Shown: piece after piece, positions 9,737 to 17,754 of the stretch
Position numbering within the stretch: position 1 is the first letter of the stretch
How the letters are laid out: each line of letters opens with the position of its first letter
DNA from: Candidatus Buchananbacteria bacterium
GTDB taxonomy: Bacteria > Patescibacteriota > Patescibacteriia > Buchananbacterales > UBA6539
Assembly: GCA_013359225.1 (NCBI GenBank)
Contig: JABWCG010000004.1
Location: 1,550-65,549 of the forward strand
DNA length: 64,000 nucleotides
Reading direction: 5' to 3'
Position numbers and translations under genes: made by a program
Notes under the pieces: model-generated
Told to the model about the DNA's origin: nothing
What the model saw: the letters and a program-made list of their open reading frames with translations, nothing else
Databases searched by the model: none

Positions 9737-10277
9737 ATACTATAAGTTTATTTCAATGATGCTATATCAGTAAAACTACCTCTACAATATTTCTCGTCTT
9801 TTCATTTCCCCAAAATTGATTTTCCTCAACTTTGTAATATAAGACCACCATTAATTTACTTAGCAAGCAGTAAACTCTTGGTAACACAGTAACATTGTCT
9901 CAAAGTGTGACAAATCAATGTTTCCGTAAATAGTAAAATGTGACTAGTGAGACAGGACTACTGGACGATTTTCACTTTTGCATGTAAACGATATAATAAA
10001 AATGTAAATTTAAGGATTTATTAAATGACCGTTACTAGAGGATGGAAGCCATATATTGATTTTAATATATGTTTCTGTCTATTTTTTACTTAAAATATTC
10101 AGAATATAGCTACTATAGTAAATTGTACATAAAATTAATGTTGATGTAACTCTATTGTAACCGATATGACTTATGCTGATAGCATACTTATGCCTCCATT
10201 ATAGTAATTATCGAACGATTGTTCACTCTACTCTTCATTACAACTTATTTATTGTATTGGGAAATATTTGGGAAATA

Positions 10278-10308
10278 TGAAACCTTTGGAACACTTTTAC
10301 AGTCTAAT
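10278..10308 (+). promoter_or_regulatory. Putative ECF sigma promoter for the subtilase
   Basis: TGAAAC-N17-AGTCTAAT; the same -10 and spacing occur upstream of the BsuPI gene. Confidence 0.5.
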
Positions 10309-10370
10309 ATTTCAGAGGACAATTTAAAGTCCTCCGATAAACATAAGAAAAGTAAAGGGAGGTGGGTGCC

Positions 10371-10427
10371 ATGCTACATATTAGGTCGCCGGACAAACTC
10401 ATAGAACATGCTGGACAAAGAAAATAG
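10371..10427 (+). CDS. Short upstream ORF / leader peptide MLHIRSPDKLIEHAGQRK
   Basis: Strong SD AAAGGGAGGTG shortly before the ATG; lies in the structured leader of the subtilase. Confidence 0.5.
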   Translation: MLHIRSPDKLIEHAGQRK

Positions 10428-10588
10428 GCTCTCGCATATCATAAAAATCTCAACACCTCGAAAGTCGGCGATTTAAGGATATTTAAGAGCCTATAGCCCT
10501 ATTATACATCAGCATTTTTGCTGAATGCAACAAAGTTTTATAAGTGTTATAAAGCGATTTGGCTACAAATGAAAGGAGTTGTTTTTCA

Positions 10589-12394
10589 ATGAAAAGAAAA
10601 GGACTTTCGATTTTATTGACATTTGCATTGGTATTCTTTATGTTTGGTAGTACTGTTAATGCAGATAATGTAAAAAAGCCGTTACCTGATTTCACAAAAG
10701 CAAGTACTGTGGAAAAGAAATCTGTATCTACCACTGGAGAAAATGAAAAAAGCATAGAGCTTAAACTTGAAGGTCCAGTTAAATCAATGGCATGGGAAAC
10801 CCAAAAAATCTATCCTGATTTGCAAAAGCATTTAGACAGCCTTAAACCTGATGAGACCATAAAAGTTGACGTGTGCTTGGATTATAATTCGGACGTAACA
10901 GTAGATACATTTGTAAACAAGATTGTGTCCCAAGAAAAAGGTACATTTGGTAATACTAAAATTGAAAAACGCACGGCATTCCATTTCCTTACGGATGTCA
11001 ATAAACAACAAATTGATGCCCTGTCTAAAATGAAAGAAGTAAAATATATCAAGCTACCAGCAGTAAAGCAACAAATTAGCACTCCTAAAAAGACGAATGG
11101 ATTATTAAGCGACAGTGGAATCATCCCAATGATTAATGCATCAACTGAGATGACCGGAGCCAAAAAAGCACGCCAGGATTATGGCGTCACAGGGAATCGT
11201 GATGGAAATGAAACAAGTTACAGCAGCAATGATGTAGTAGTAGCCATCATTGATACTGGGATTGACAATACCCACGTTGATTTAGACGGCGGAAAAGTTA
11301 TCGGCTGGAGAGACTTTGTAAATAATAATGCAACCCCCTATGACGATAATGGACATGGTACGATGGTATCAAGCATCGTGGCGGGAACGGGCGAAGGAGA
11401 TCCGGGCATTGAAGTCGGTTTTGCACCTGGTGCAGCATTGGTTGGAATAAAAGTTGCTGATAGCACGGGAGGTTGGACAATTGATGATCTGGTTGACGGT
11501 ATTGATTGGGCTGTCGCAAACAGAACTACTTTAGGGATAAGAGTCATTAATATAAGCTTGGGTGCATACGGCAACAGCTCTAGTGAAATTGACGCCGTCA
11601 ATACTGCAATTACGAATGCAAATAATGTAGGAATTGCAGTAGTAGTAGCAGCGGGAAATGATGGCCCAGAGTATGATAATATGAGCCAATTGGTTTCATG
11701 TGATGATCCAATAGTAGTTGGTAGTATGGCTGACCCATATGAGGGTGGCTGGTATCCTAGTCTTTTCTCTTCACGTGGGACAGGCACCACAGGTCCTCTC
11801 ATTATGGCTCCTGGAGAAAATATAAGGGCAGCTGAGGCTAATTCGACAAATGAGTATGTTACCGAAAGTGGAACATCTTTCTCAACTCCAGCAATATCAG
11901 GAATTATTGCATTAATGATGGATGCAAGTAACGGAAGCTCAACCCTGAACTTCTATATCGAAGACTTTGGTAAATCAGGCTTCGATCCTGTTTGTGGCAA
12001 TGGTGAGGTTTTGGCTTACGATTCCATCAAGGCAGCTGGAGGATACTCATCAGGCTCCTTTAATGATTATCGAGATCATATTCGCGCTTCTGACACCATG
12101 CAGCAAGGAGATATACATGCTTACGACATTAACGTTTATGCAACAAGTTCCAATTTATATTGGGCAACAACCCTTATTATGACTGATGAGGACAGTGATG
12201 ATTTTGACCTATATATTTGGAATCCAGGGAGTGATCCTTCTGTTGATCCTCCGGATTACTCAAGCACATCAGTCGATCCCCAGGAAGTTATAAGTTTTAA
12301 ACCTACTACTACCGGAGTTTACACTGTTGCTGTTCATGCATTCTCAGGCAATGGTAACTATGCTTTAGACTTTTCTGGCCAAATTCGTCCTTAA
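10589..12394 (+). CDS. Secreted S8 family subtilisin-like serine protease with C-terminal PPC-like domain
   Basis: SD GAAAGGAG; signal peptide VNA; catalytic IIDTGID, NGHGT, AAGN, GTSFSTP. Confidence 0.93.
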   Translation: MKRKGLSILLTFALVFFMFGSTVNADNVKKPLPDFTKASTVEKKSVSTTGENEKSIELKLEGPVKSMAWETQKIYPDLQKHLDSLKPDETIKVDVCLDYNSDVTVDTFVNKIVSQEKGTFGNTKIEKRTAFHFLTDVNKQQIDALSKMKEVKYIKLPAVKQQISTPKKTNGLLSDSGIIPMINASTEMTGAKKARQDYGVTGNRDGNETSYSSNDVVVAIIDTGIDNTHVDLDGGKVIGWRDFVNNNATPYDDNGHGTMVSSIVAGTGEGDPGIEVGFAPGAALVGIKVADSTGGWTIDDLVDGIDWAVANRTTLGIRVINISLGAYGNSSSEIDAVNTAITNANNVGIAVVVAAGNDGPEYDNMSQLVSCDDPIVVGSMADPYEGGWYPSLFSSRGTGTTGPLIMAPGENIRAAEANSTNEYVTESGTSFSTPAISGIIALMMDASNGSSTLNFYIEDFGKSGFDPVCGNGEVLAYDSIKAAGGYSSGSFNDYRDHIRASDTMQQGDIHAYDINVYATSSNLYWATTLIMTDEDSDDFDLYIWNPGSDPSVDPPDYSSTSVDPQEVISFKPTTTGVYTVAVHAFSGNGNYALDFSGQIRP

Positions 12395-12447
12395 AAGCAT
12401 ACTTGCCAAGAATAAATCCAAGTCCAATCTTGGCTCCTTACCTACAG

Positions 12448-12485
12448 TTAAAAGGATTGGTGGATTTCTCCATCAATCCTTTTAA
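12448..12485. terminator. Bidirectional terminator
   Basis: TTAAAAGGATTGGTGGA-TTTC-TCCATCAATCCTTTTAA between convergent genes. Confidence 0.75.
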
Positions 12486-12599
12486 TATATTCCATAAAAT
12501 CAAACCCATGCTTTTCTGTCCAAAGTGATGGATGGTTTTCATGGAGTATGTTCGGTAATGTTTACACATAGAAACTGGTCATATCGTCATTAAGATTAC

Positions 12600-13319
12600 T
12601 TATTTGACTTCAATATCCTTTACTGCCATTAATTCATCAGGGCTTATGTTTTTTCCATTTTTAAGCTTTGGAAGCAATTTCACTGTAATGGAGTATTTTC
12701 CCGGTGGAACTCTGTTACCATTATTGTCCGTGTAACCCCAGACTTCAGAAAATGAAAGTTTTTCATATTTTTTTAATTCGATTTCTATGATGGACATTAG
12801 AAAACCTTTGCCATGGGACCATCTATACACTTCATCTCCATTACTGTCTGTAATAAAAATATCAAACTTTTGACTTGAACGGAAATAAAGAGCCAGGTCT
12901 TTGTCAGAAATATTATGTAGGGAAAAGTCAAGCTTGACCCCGCTGTCTTCCTGTTTAATATCCATTTCTGTATCGAAGACCCCTGTTACAGACTTTTGAG
13001 ATTCCTCTTTTATCTGCTTTGTCCGTTCCATAAATTCAGGGTCTGTTTTTTTTATTGCCGGCAAAGAATTAGTTTCAACGGAAGCCGGTACAGGTTTTAT
13101 TTCAATCGTGCTGTTATCCTGTGGTGTGTCTCGTTGTGTTGGTGACATGCTGATTGGCATCATGCTATTTAATTGACTGACTGTATTTTTAGCGTTAAGC
13201 ATATTTTTGGTTTTGTAGTCAAATCCAAAAATATTCTTATTTAATGAACCCAATAATATTGCCGTACAGCATAAAACCAAAACAGCGATGACTTTCTTGG
13301 TTTTTTTTATAACCTTCAT
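12600..13319 (-). CDS. Exported/membrane-anchored protein with BsuPI (intracellular proteinase inhibitor-like) domain
   Basis: SD GAAAGGA; basic plus hydrophobic N-terminus; C-terminal FSLHN.SDK.L.LYF.SSQKFDI.I.D..G.EVYRWS.GK.F...W......VPPGKY motif. Confidence 0.8.
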   Translation of the reverse strand: MKVIKKTKKVIAVLVLCCTAILLGSLNKNIFGFDYKTKNMLNAKNTVSQLNSMMPISMSPTQRDTPQDNSTIEIKPVPASVETNSLPAIKKTDPEFMERTKQIKEESQKSVTGVFDTEMDIKQEDSGVKLDFSLHNISDKDLALYFRSSQKFDIFITDSNGDEVYRWSHGKGFLMSIIEIELKKYEKLSFSEVWGYTDNNGNRVPPGKYSITVKLLPKLKNGKNISPDELMAVKDIEVK

Positions 13320-13358
13320 AATATTACCCATCCTTTCTTCAAATTCATTTTTCATTTT

Positions 13359-13387
13359 ATTAGACGTAGAAGCTGTATCATTTGTTC
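13359..13387 (-). promoter_or_regulatory. Putative ECF sigma promoter for the BsuPI gene
   Basis: GAAC-N17-CGTCTAAT on the minus strand. Confidence 0.5.
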
Positions 13388-13472
13388 TGTATAAGTTCAA
13401 TTTTCTACATCTCCTAAAACTTTTCGACCTGTGCAATAATAGCATAAACATATTTAAACTATCTAAACTAAC

Positions 13473-14453
13473 TTATATATTTTCCAGCCATACCCGAAAT
13501 TCCTCCAGCGTCATGTCCCCTTTTAGGCACAATTCCCGTTTTTTTCTTGCCTCCTCCGCCCATTCGTAAAAAGCTTCCTTCGTGATTTTTCCATACTTAA
13601 TCCATGCAAACCGTTTTTTGTAGGCTTTACTGTATGCTTTTAAAGCCGGTGTGTCGGCTTTCTTTTTCTCCCATAGGCGAAGCGCCCCCATTTCCTTACA
13701 GGTGCGTCCAGTGCTGTCAAAGGGCCTGTCGCAGTATTCCGTGTTGATATGTCCGGTCAGGGCAAAGAATTGATTACAGTGCTTGCAGACACGGAAGCGT
13801 ATCTCCCGTTTGATACATTCGCGCACAAAAAAATCAATGATATCGTAAATGCTTTTTGGGTATAGGACTTCGGTAAAGGTCATTGAATCAACCACTTCAA
13901 AGCTCATGCGCAGGGGTTGAAATTCAAATACTTCCGGGTCACTCAGCCTTCTATCCCTTTTGGGGTTATAGTAATCTGCCATTTTCTTTTGTATGGGTTC
14001 ATCGGGAGAGAGGATATCCAGCACATGGTTCCATAAAGCCATAAGCTGACGTTGCATGGTGGAAAGGTTCATGGGTAGGTGGGTTAGCTTCTTGCGGGGA
14101 AGCAAATCCAGAACATCTTTAAAGCCTTGTTTTTCAGCCTGTTCCAGCTTGTCCAGCCATTCCAGGCGAAGGAATTCAAAATAGACATGTACTTTTGAAA
14201 GCGTGTTTAAATCATCCTTAATCTCCTCCACCAGTTTCAAGTCTTTATCGGGATACAGGTTATAAAGGTTTTCCCCCATCCGATTAAATAACTCACTATA
14301 AGGCCAAATGTCAAGGTATAGAATATCCATCAGGCTTTGCGAAAATGCGAAGCTCTTTTTTGTTGTCTTCTGCCCGTCCCCATATTCAAAATATTCTTTT
14401 CCATCGGATATATACACTTTATAGCTACATGCCAGCTTAATCTCTAAAAGCAT
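13473..14453 (-). CDS. DUF6076-like protein with Cys-rich zinc-finger-like C-terminus; 5' end uncertain or chimeric
   Basis: RVCKHCNQFFA...EYCDR...TCKEMGA and F.EW..EA..KR motifs; the first residues MLLEIKL may be host-derived. Confidence 0.7.
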   Translation of the reverse strand: MLLEIKLACSYKVYISDGKEYFEYGDGQKTTKKSFAFSQSLMDILYLDIWPYSELFNRMGENLYNLYPDKDLKLVEEIKDDLNTLSKVHVYFEFLRLEWLDKLEQAEKQGFKDVLDLLPRKKLTHLPMNLSTMQRQLMALWNHVLDILSPDEPIQKKMADYYNPKRDRRLSDPEVFEFQPLRMSFEVVDSMTFTEVLYPKSIYDIIDFFVRECIKREIRFRVCKHCNQFFALTGHINTEYCDRPFDSTGRTCKEMGALRLWEKKKADTPALKAYSKAYKKRFAWIKYGKITKEAFYEWAEEARKKRELCLKGDMTLEEFRVWLENI

Positions 14454-14457
14454 AGTT

Positions 14458-15195
14458 TTAACGACTACCAATAATTAACGCACCCGAAACCCCATTAACG
14501 GTAAAATCAATTTTTTTAAAATAAATTCGGCGTCCAGTTTCTCTAATCAACGCCCTAACTTTTGAGACAGCTGGCAACCTGACCGCCAAACTAACATACG
14601 GAGGTTTTTGCGACGAACCATACAGTTCGTTGCCGCGAATATCAGCAATGCGGCGCGGATAGGTATCCAGTGCCAACAAATTCTGGCCATACCGTGCCGG
14701 GCAATAGTTTCGAAAGGGTCGATAATACGGGGCTTCATATTTTTCCCACATTTTAATTAGCTGAGTCGGCGTATGCAAATTCCCTCGACAATTTAAAGCG
14801 CCGCAGCGACAAATGTGCTCCCGGCACTCCCCCGCCCGACATAACAAAACATCATACAAATAGTTAACGGTCAACTCTTCGCCCGGAAAAATTCGTCTCA
14901 GGGCAAAATAAATCACGTGACCCCGATACGAATGCATAGCGCAATTCGGGGCACACGCGTGATTAATTAAATGAATGCCAATTTGTTTTGGGTCGGGCAG
15001 CACAATCAATTTGTCGGTGCAGTGCATGGCGTAAAAACTTTTTTCGTTTTCTTGCCCTTCGCGCTGTTCAGAAATGACCGTGCCCAAATAATCACCGATC
15101 ACCGTACCGGGGTTAATTTCTTTTTTAGCAAAAACCCCACGGCCCTTACCTTTAATTTTTTTGACCTGCCAATAATCGGCAGAAAGTAAAAACAT
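14458..15195 (-). CDS. SET-domain protein-lysine methyltransferase
   Basis: Start MFLLSAD at 15195; GKGRGVFA, INHACAPN, GEELTVNY and post-SET CRCGALNCRG. Confidence 0.88.
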   Translation of the reverse strand: MFLLSADYWQVKKIKGKGRGVFAKKEINPGTVIGDYLGTVISEQREGQENEKSFYAMHCTDKLIVLPDPKQIGIHLINHACAPNCAMHSYRGHVIYFALRRIFPGEELTVNYLYDVLLCRAGECREHICRCGALNCRGNLHTPTQLIKMWEKYEAPYYRPFRNYCPARYGQNLLALDTYPRRIADIRGNELYGSSQKPPYVSLAVRLPAVSKVRALIRETGRRIYFKKIDFTVNGVSGALIIGSR

Positions 15196-15207
15196 ATAGT
15201 TTAATGC

Positions 15208-15426
15208 TGGCGGAGAGGACAGGATTTGAACCTGCGAGGACTTGCGCCCATCCCGTCGTTCACGAACGACTGGACGAGATCCCACATTAATCGGAAGGGG
15301 CGAGATTCGAACTCGCGAGACCGTTGCCGGTCTACCGCTTTTCGAGAGCGGCGCTTTCGACCACTCAGCCACCCTTCCGATTAATGTGGGACAAGCCGTC
15401 GCCTTAAACCACTCGGCCACCTCTCC
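15208..15426 (-). tRNA. Interrupted Ser-type tRNA body (outer), anticodon arm disrupted by insertions; intron-containing or pseudo-tRNA
   Basis: 5' half GGAGAGGTGGCCGAGTGGTTTAAGGCGACGGCTTG (15426-15392); 3' part ...GGGCGCAAGTCCTC-GCAGGTTCAAATCCTGT-CCTCTCC-G-CCA (15250-15208); 7-bp acceptor stem, G73 and encoded CCA. Confidence 0.65.
15292..15378 (-). tRNA. tRNA-Ser(CGA), nested inside the outer tRNA; no encoded CCA
   Basis: GGAAGGG/CCCTTCC acceptor stem, D arm, CCGCT-CT-CGA-AA-AGCGG anticodon arm, long variable arm, GCGAG-TTCGAAT-CTCGC T arm, G73. Confidence 0.93.
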
Positions 15427-15508
15427 ATTGCTTATTATTAACACATTTAATCAGTTTTTACAATTTAGCGTTTTTTTGTTATAATTTAAAACAGAATTGT
15501 TAAAAAAT

Positions 15509-16375
15509 ATGTCAAAAATTAGAAAAGTTGTTATCCCGGTTGCCGGCCTTGGCACTCGCTTCCTGCCCGCAACCAAAGCCCAGCCGAAAGAAATGTTACC
15601 GGTGGTTGATAAACCAATCATCCAATACATTGTCGAAGAGGCGGTCGCGGCCGGCATTACTGACGTAATTTTAGTAACCGGCTCAACCAAACGCGCGATT
15701 GAAGACCATTTTGATCGCAATGAAAACCTGGAAAACCATCTTAAAAAAAATGGCAAATCTAAATACTACCAGGCTGTCAAAGAGGTTGCTGAACTGGCAA
15801 ACTTTATTTTTATTCGACAAAAAGGGCCCTATGGCAACGGCACACCGGTACTTAATACTAAAGCAGTGATCGGCGATGAGCCATTTGCCGTCGTGTGGGG
15901 AGATGATATTTGGGATTGCCCAAGCCGGCCCCACATTAAACAGCTTATTGATGTTTATGAAAAATATGGCGACCCGGTAATCACCGCTTATAAGACCGAC
16001 GCCGAAGGCACATCAAAATACGGCATTATTGAGGGCACGGAAGTTGAACCAAACGTCTATCAGGTCAAATCAATCGCCGAAAAACCAGGTCCTCAAAAAG
16101 CTAAAAGCCGCATCGCTTCATTTGGCGGCTACATTTTTACGCCAGACATTTTTAATGAGCTGGAAAAAACCCCTCTGGGCAAAGGCGGCGAGCTGTGGCT
16201 GGTTGATGCAATTGCCCGACTACTCAAAAAACGCCCGATTTACGCGAAGATTATCGATGGCCAGCTCTACGACACCGGCTCAAAGCTTGGTTGGTTGAAA
16301 GCGAATGTTGAGTTTGGTCTCAAAGACAAAGAAATCAATAAAGAATTCAAAAACTTTTTGAAACATAAGCTATGA
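15509..16375 (+). CDS. galU: UTP--glucose-1-phosphate uridylyltransferase
   Basis: VIPVAGLGTRFLPATKAQPKEMLPVVDKP signature. Confidence 0.93.
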   Translation: MSKIRKVVIPVAGLGTRFLPATKAQPKEMLPVVDKPIIQYIVEEAVAAGITDVILVTGSTKRAIEDHFDRNENLENHLKKNGKSKYYQAVKEVAELANFIFIRQKGPYGNGTPVLNTKAVIGDEPFAVVWGDDIWDCPSRPHIKQLIDVYEKYGDPVITAYKTDAEGTSKYGIIEGTEVEPNVYQVKSIAEKPGPQKAKSRIASFGGYIFTPDIFNELEKTPLGKGGELWLVDAIARLLKKRPIYAKIIDGQLYDTGSKLGWLKANVEFGLKDKEINKEFKNFLKHKL

Positions 16376-17754
16376 AAATAAAAACGAAACTTTATCTTTT
16401 AATTTTATTAGCCGTGGTGGCGGTTTCTTCCGGATTCAGCTGTAAATTTATTACGCCGTCGCAAAAGGAGTTGCTAGAACCGATTGAATTAACTTGGTGG
16501 GGTGTTACTGATGAGCCGGAAAATTTCTACGAGGTCATCGGCGATTACCAGGCCGCACACCCAAACATTAAAATTACTTACCGAAAATTACGCCTAGAAG
16601 AGTTCGAAAATGAGTTGCTGGAGGCCTTGGCCGAAGACCGCGGTCCGGATATTTTTTCCATTCATAACACCTGGGTAAATAAATATTTATCAAAAATTGA
16701 ACCCCTGCCGGCCAAAACCACCCTGGCATATCAAGTTACAAAAACCAGCCTCGGCATCAAACAAGAAACACTCATTGAAGTCCGAGACGTTCCGGCCATT
16801 ACCGCACCACAACTCAAAGAAACATTCTTAGACGTTGTCTATAATGATGTTGTGCGCGACAACAAAATTTACGGCCTGCCGCTGAGCGTTGATACGTTAG
16901 TCCTATTTTATAATCGTGACCTGCTCAATAATGCCGGCATTCCTCTGCCGCCCAAGACCTGGAATGAATTGCAAGAACAAGTTAAACGCTTGACCTTCCA
17001 AAATCAAAACGGCGACCTCATCCAATCCGGTGCTGCTCTGGGAACTGCCGAAAATATTGAGCGCAGTTCTGATATTGTTTCGCTGTTGATGATGCAAAAC
17101 GGTGCGGAAATGATTACCGGCCGAAACGTCACGTTTGGTGTTGTTCCATCCACATTCCCCGACCAAACCTATAATCCAGGTCCTGAGGCAGTCCGCTTTT
17201 ACACCGACTTTGCCAACAGTAGTAAAGAAGTATATTCATGGAATAAAACTTTTTCCAACTCCATTGACGCCTTTGCCGAAGGAAGAGTTGCCATGATCTT
17301 TGGTTATAACTATCACATCCCTATTTTAGAATCCAAACGCCAGGGCAAGCTAAACTATGGTATTAGTAATATGCCGCAAATTGAGGGCCGGACCGAAGTC
17401 AACTTTGCCAACTACTGGGTTAACACCGTTTCCAAAAAAAGCGCTCACATTAATGAAGCGTGGGATTTTATTCAATTCATAACAACTAAAAAAGCGGAAA
17501 CTGAAAAGTACCTAGCCAAAACCCTCCGGCCTACGGCACTACGAACACTGATTCAAGATCAAACCAACAACGATGCGTTAGCAGTATTTGCCAAGCAGCT
17601 TCTCACCGCTAAAAGCTGGTACCGCGGCGCTGACGCCGTGGCAGCGGAAAATGCTTTAAACGAAATGATTGAATCAATTTTAGCCGGTAACGATCTGCAA
17701 GAATCGGTAAATTTAGCCGCTCTAAAAATTCAACAAACACTTCAAACGCTATGA
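16372..17754 (+). CDS. Extracellular solute-binding lipoprotein (sugar-binding family 1)
   Basis: Lipobox-like GFSC; GPDIF, IYGLPLSVDTLVLFYNRDL, FAEGRVAM, AWDFIQF. Confidence 0.85.
   Translation: MKIKTKLYLLILLAVVAVSSGFSCKFITPSQKELLEPIELTWWGVTDEPENFYEVIGDYQAAHPNIKITYRKLRLEEFENELLEALAEDRGPDIFSIHNTWVNKYLSKIEPLPAKTTLAYQVTKTSLGIKQETLIEVRDVPAITAPQLKETFLDVVYNDVVRDNKIYGLPLSVDTLVLFYNRDLLNNAGIPLPPKTWNELQEQVKRLTFQNQNGDLIQSGAALGTAENIERSSDIVSLLMMQNGAEMITGRNVTFGVVPSTFPDQTYNPGPEAVRFYTDFANSSKEVYSWNKTFSNSIDAFAEGRVAMIFGYNYHIPILESKRQGKLNYGISNMPQIEGRTEVNFANYWVNTVSKKSAHINEAWDFIQFITTKKAETEKYLAKTLRPTALRTLIQDQTNNDALAVFAKQLLTAKSWYRGADAVAAENALNEMIESILAGNDLQESVNLAALKIQQTLQTL

Larger units (their letters stand above)
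9637..14432. other. Foreign (Firmicutes/Clostridia-like) DNA segment of ~4.8 kb; HGT or assembly/splice chimera, boundaries approximate
   Basis: Abrupt change in composition and codon style, strong AAGGAG-type SD sites, ECF-type promoters, Firmicutes-type gene families; the left end cuts a host gene. Confidence 0.75.

Noticed and set aside
9740-10270. Long AT-rich non-coding stretch and the 10219-10404 ORF
   Set aside because: No convincing gene, repeat array or RNA motif found by eye; the ORF has a TTG start, no SD and overlaps the promoter
9637-14432. Calling the foreign segment a transposon, ICE or prophage
   Set aside because: No integrase, transposase or phage gene, no terminal repeats or target duplication seen, and it is not inserted at the tRNA 3' end
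15196-15444. 83-codon N-terminal extension of the SET ORF in the ORF track
   Set aside because: It is the nested tRNA locus read in frame (GEVAEWFKA, VRISPLP and VQILSSPP are tRNA translations); the SET domain starts at ATG 15195
15451-15756. Antisense ORFs over galU, and likewise over yebC (34422-34766), bactofilin and holA
   Set aside because: Reverse-strand shadows of conserved genes
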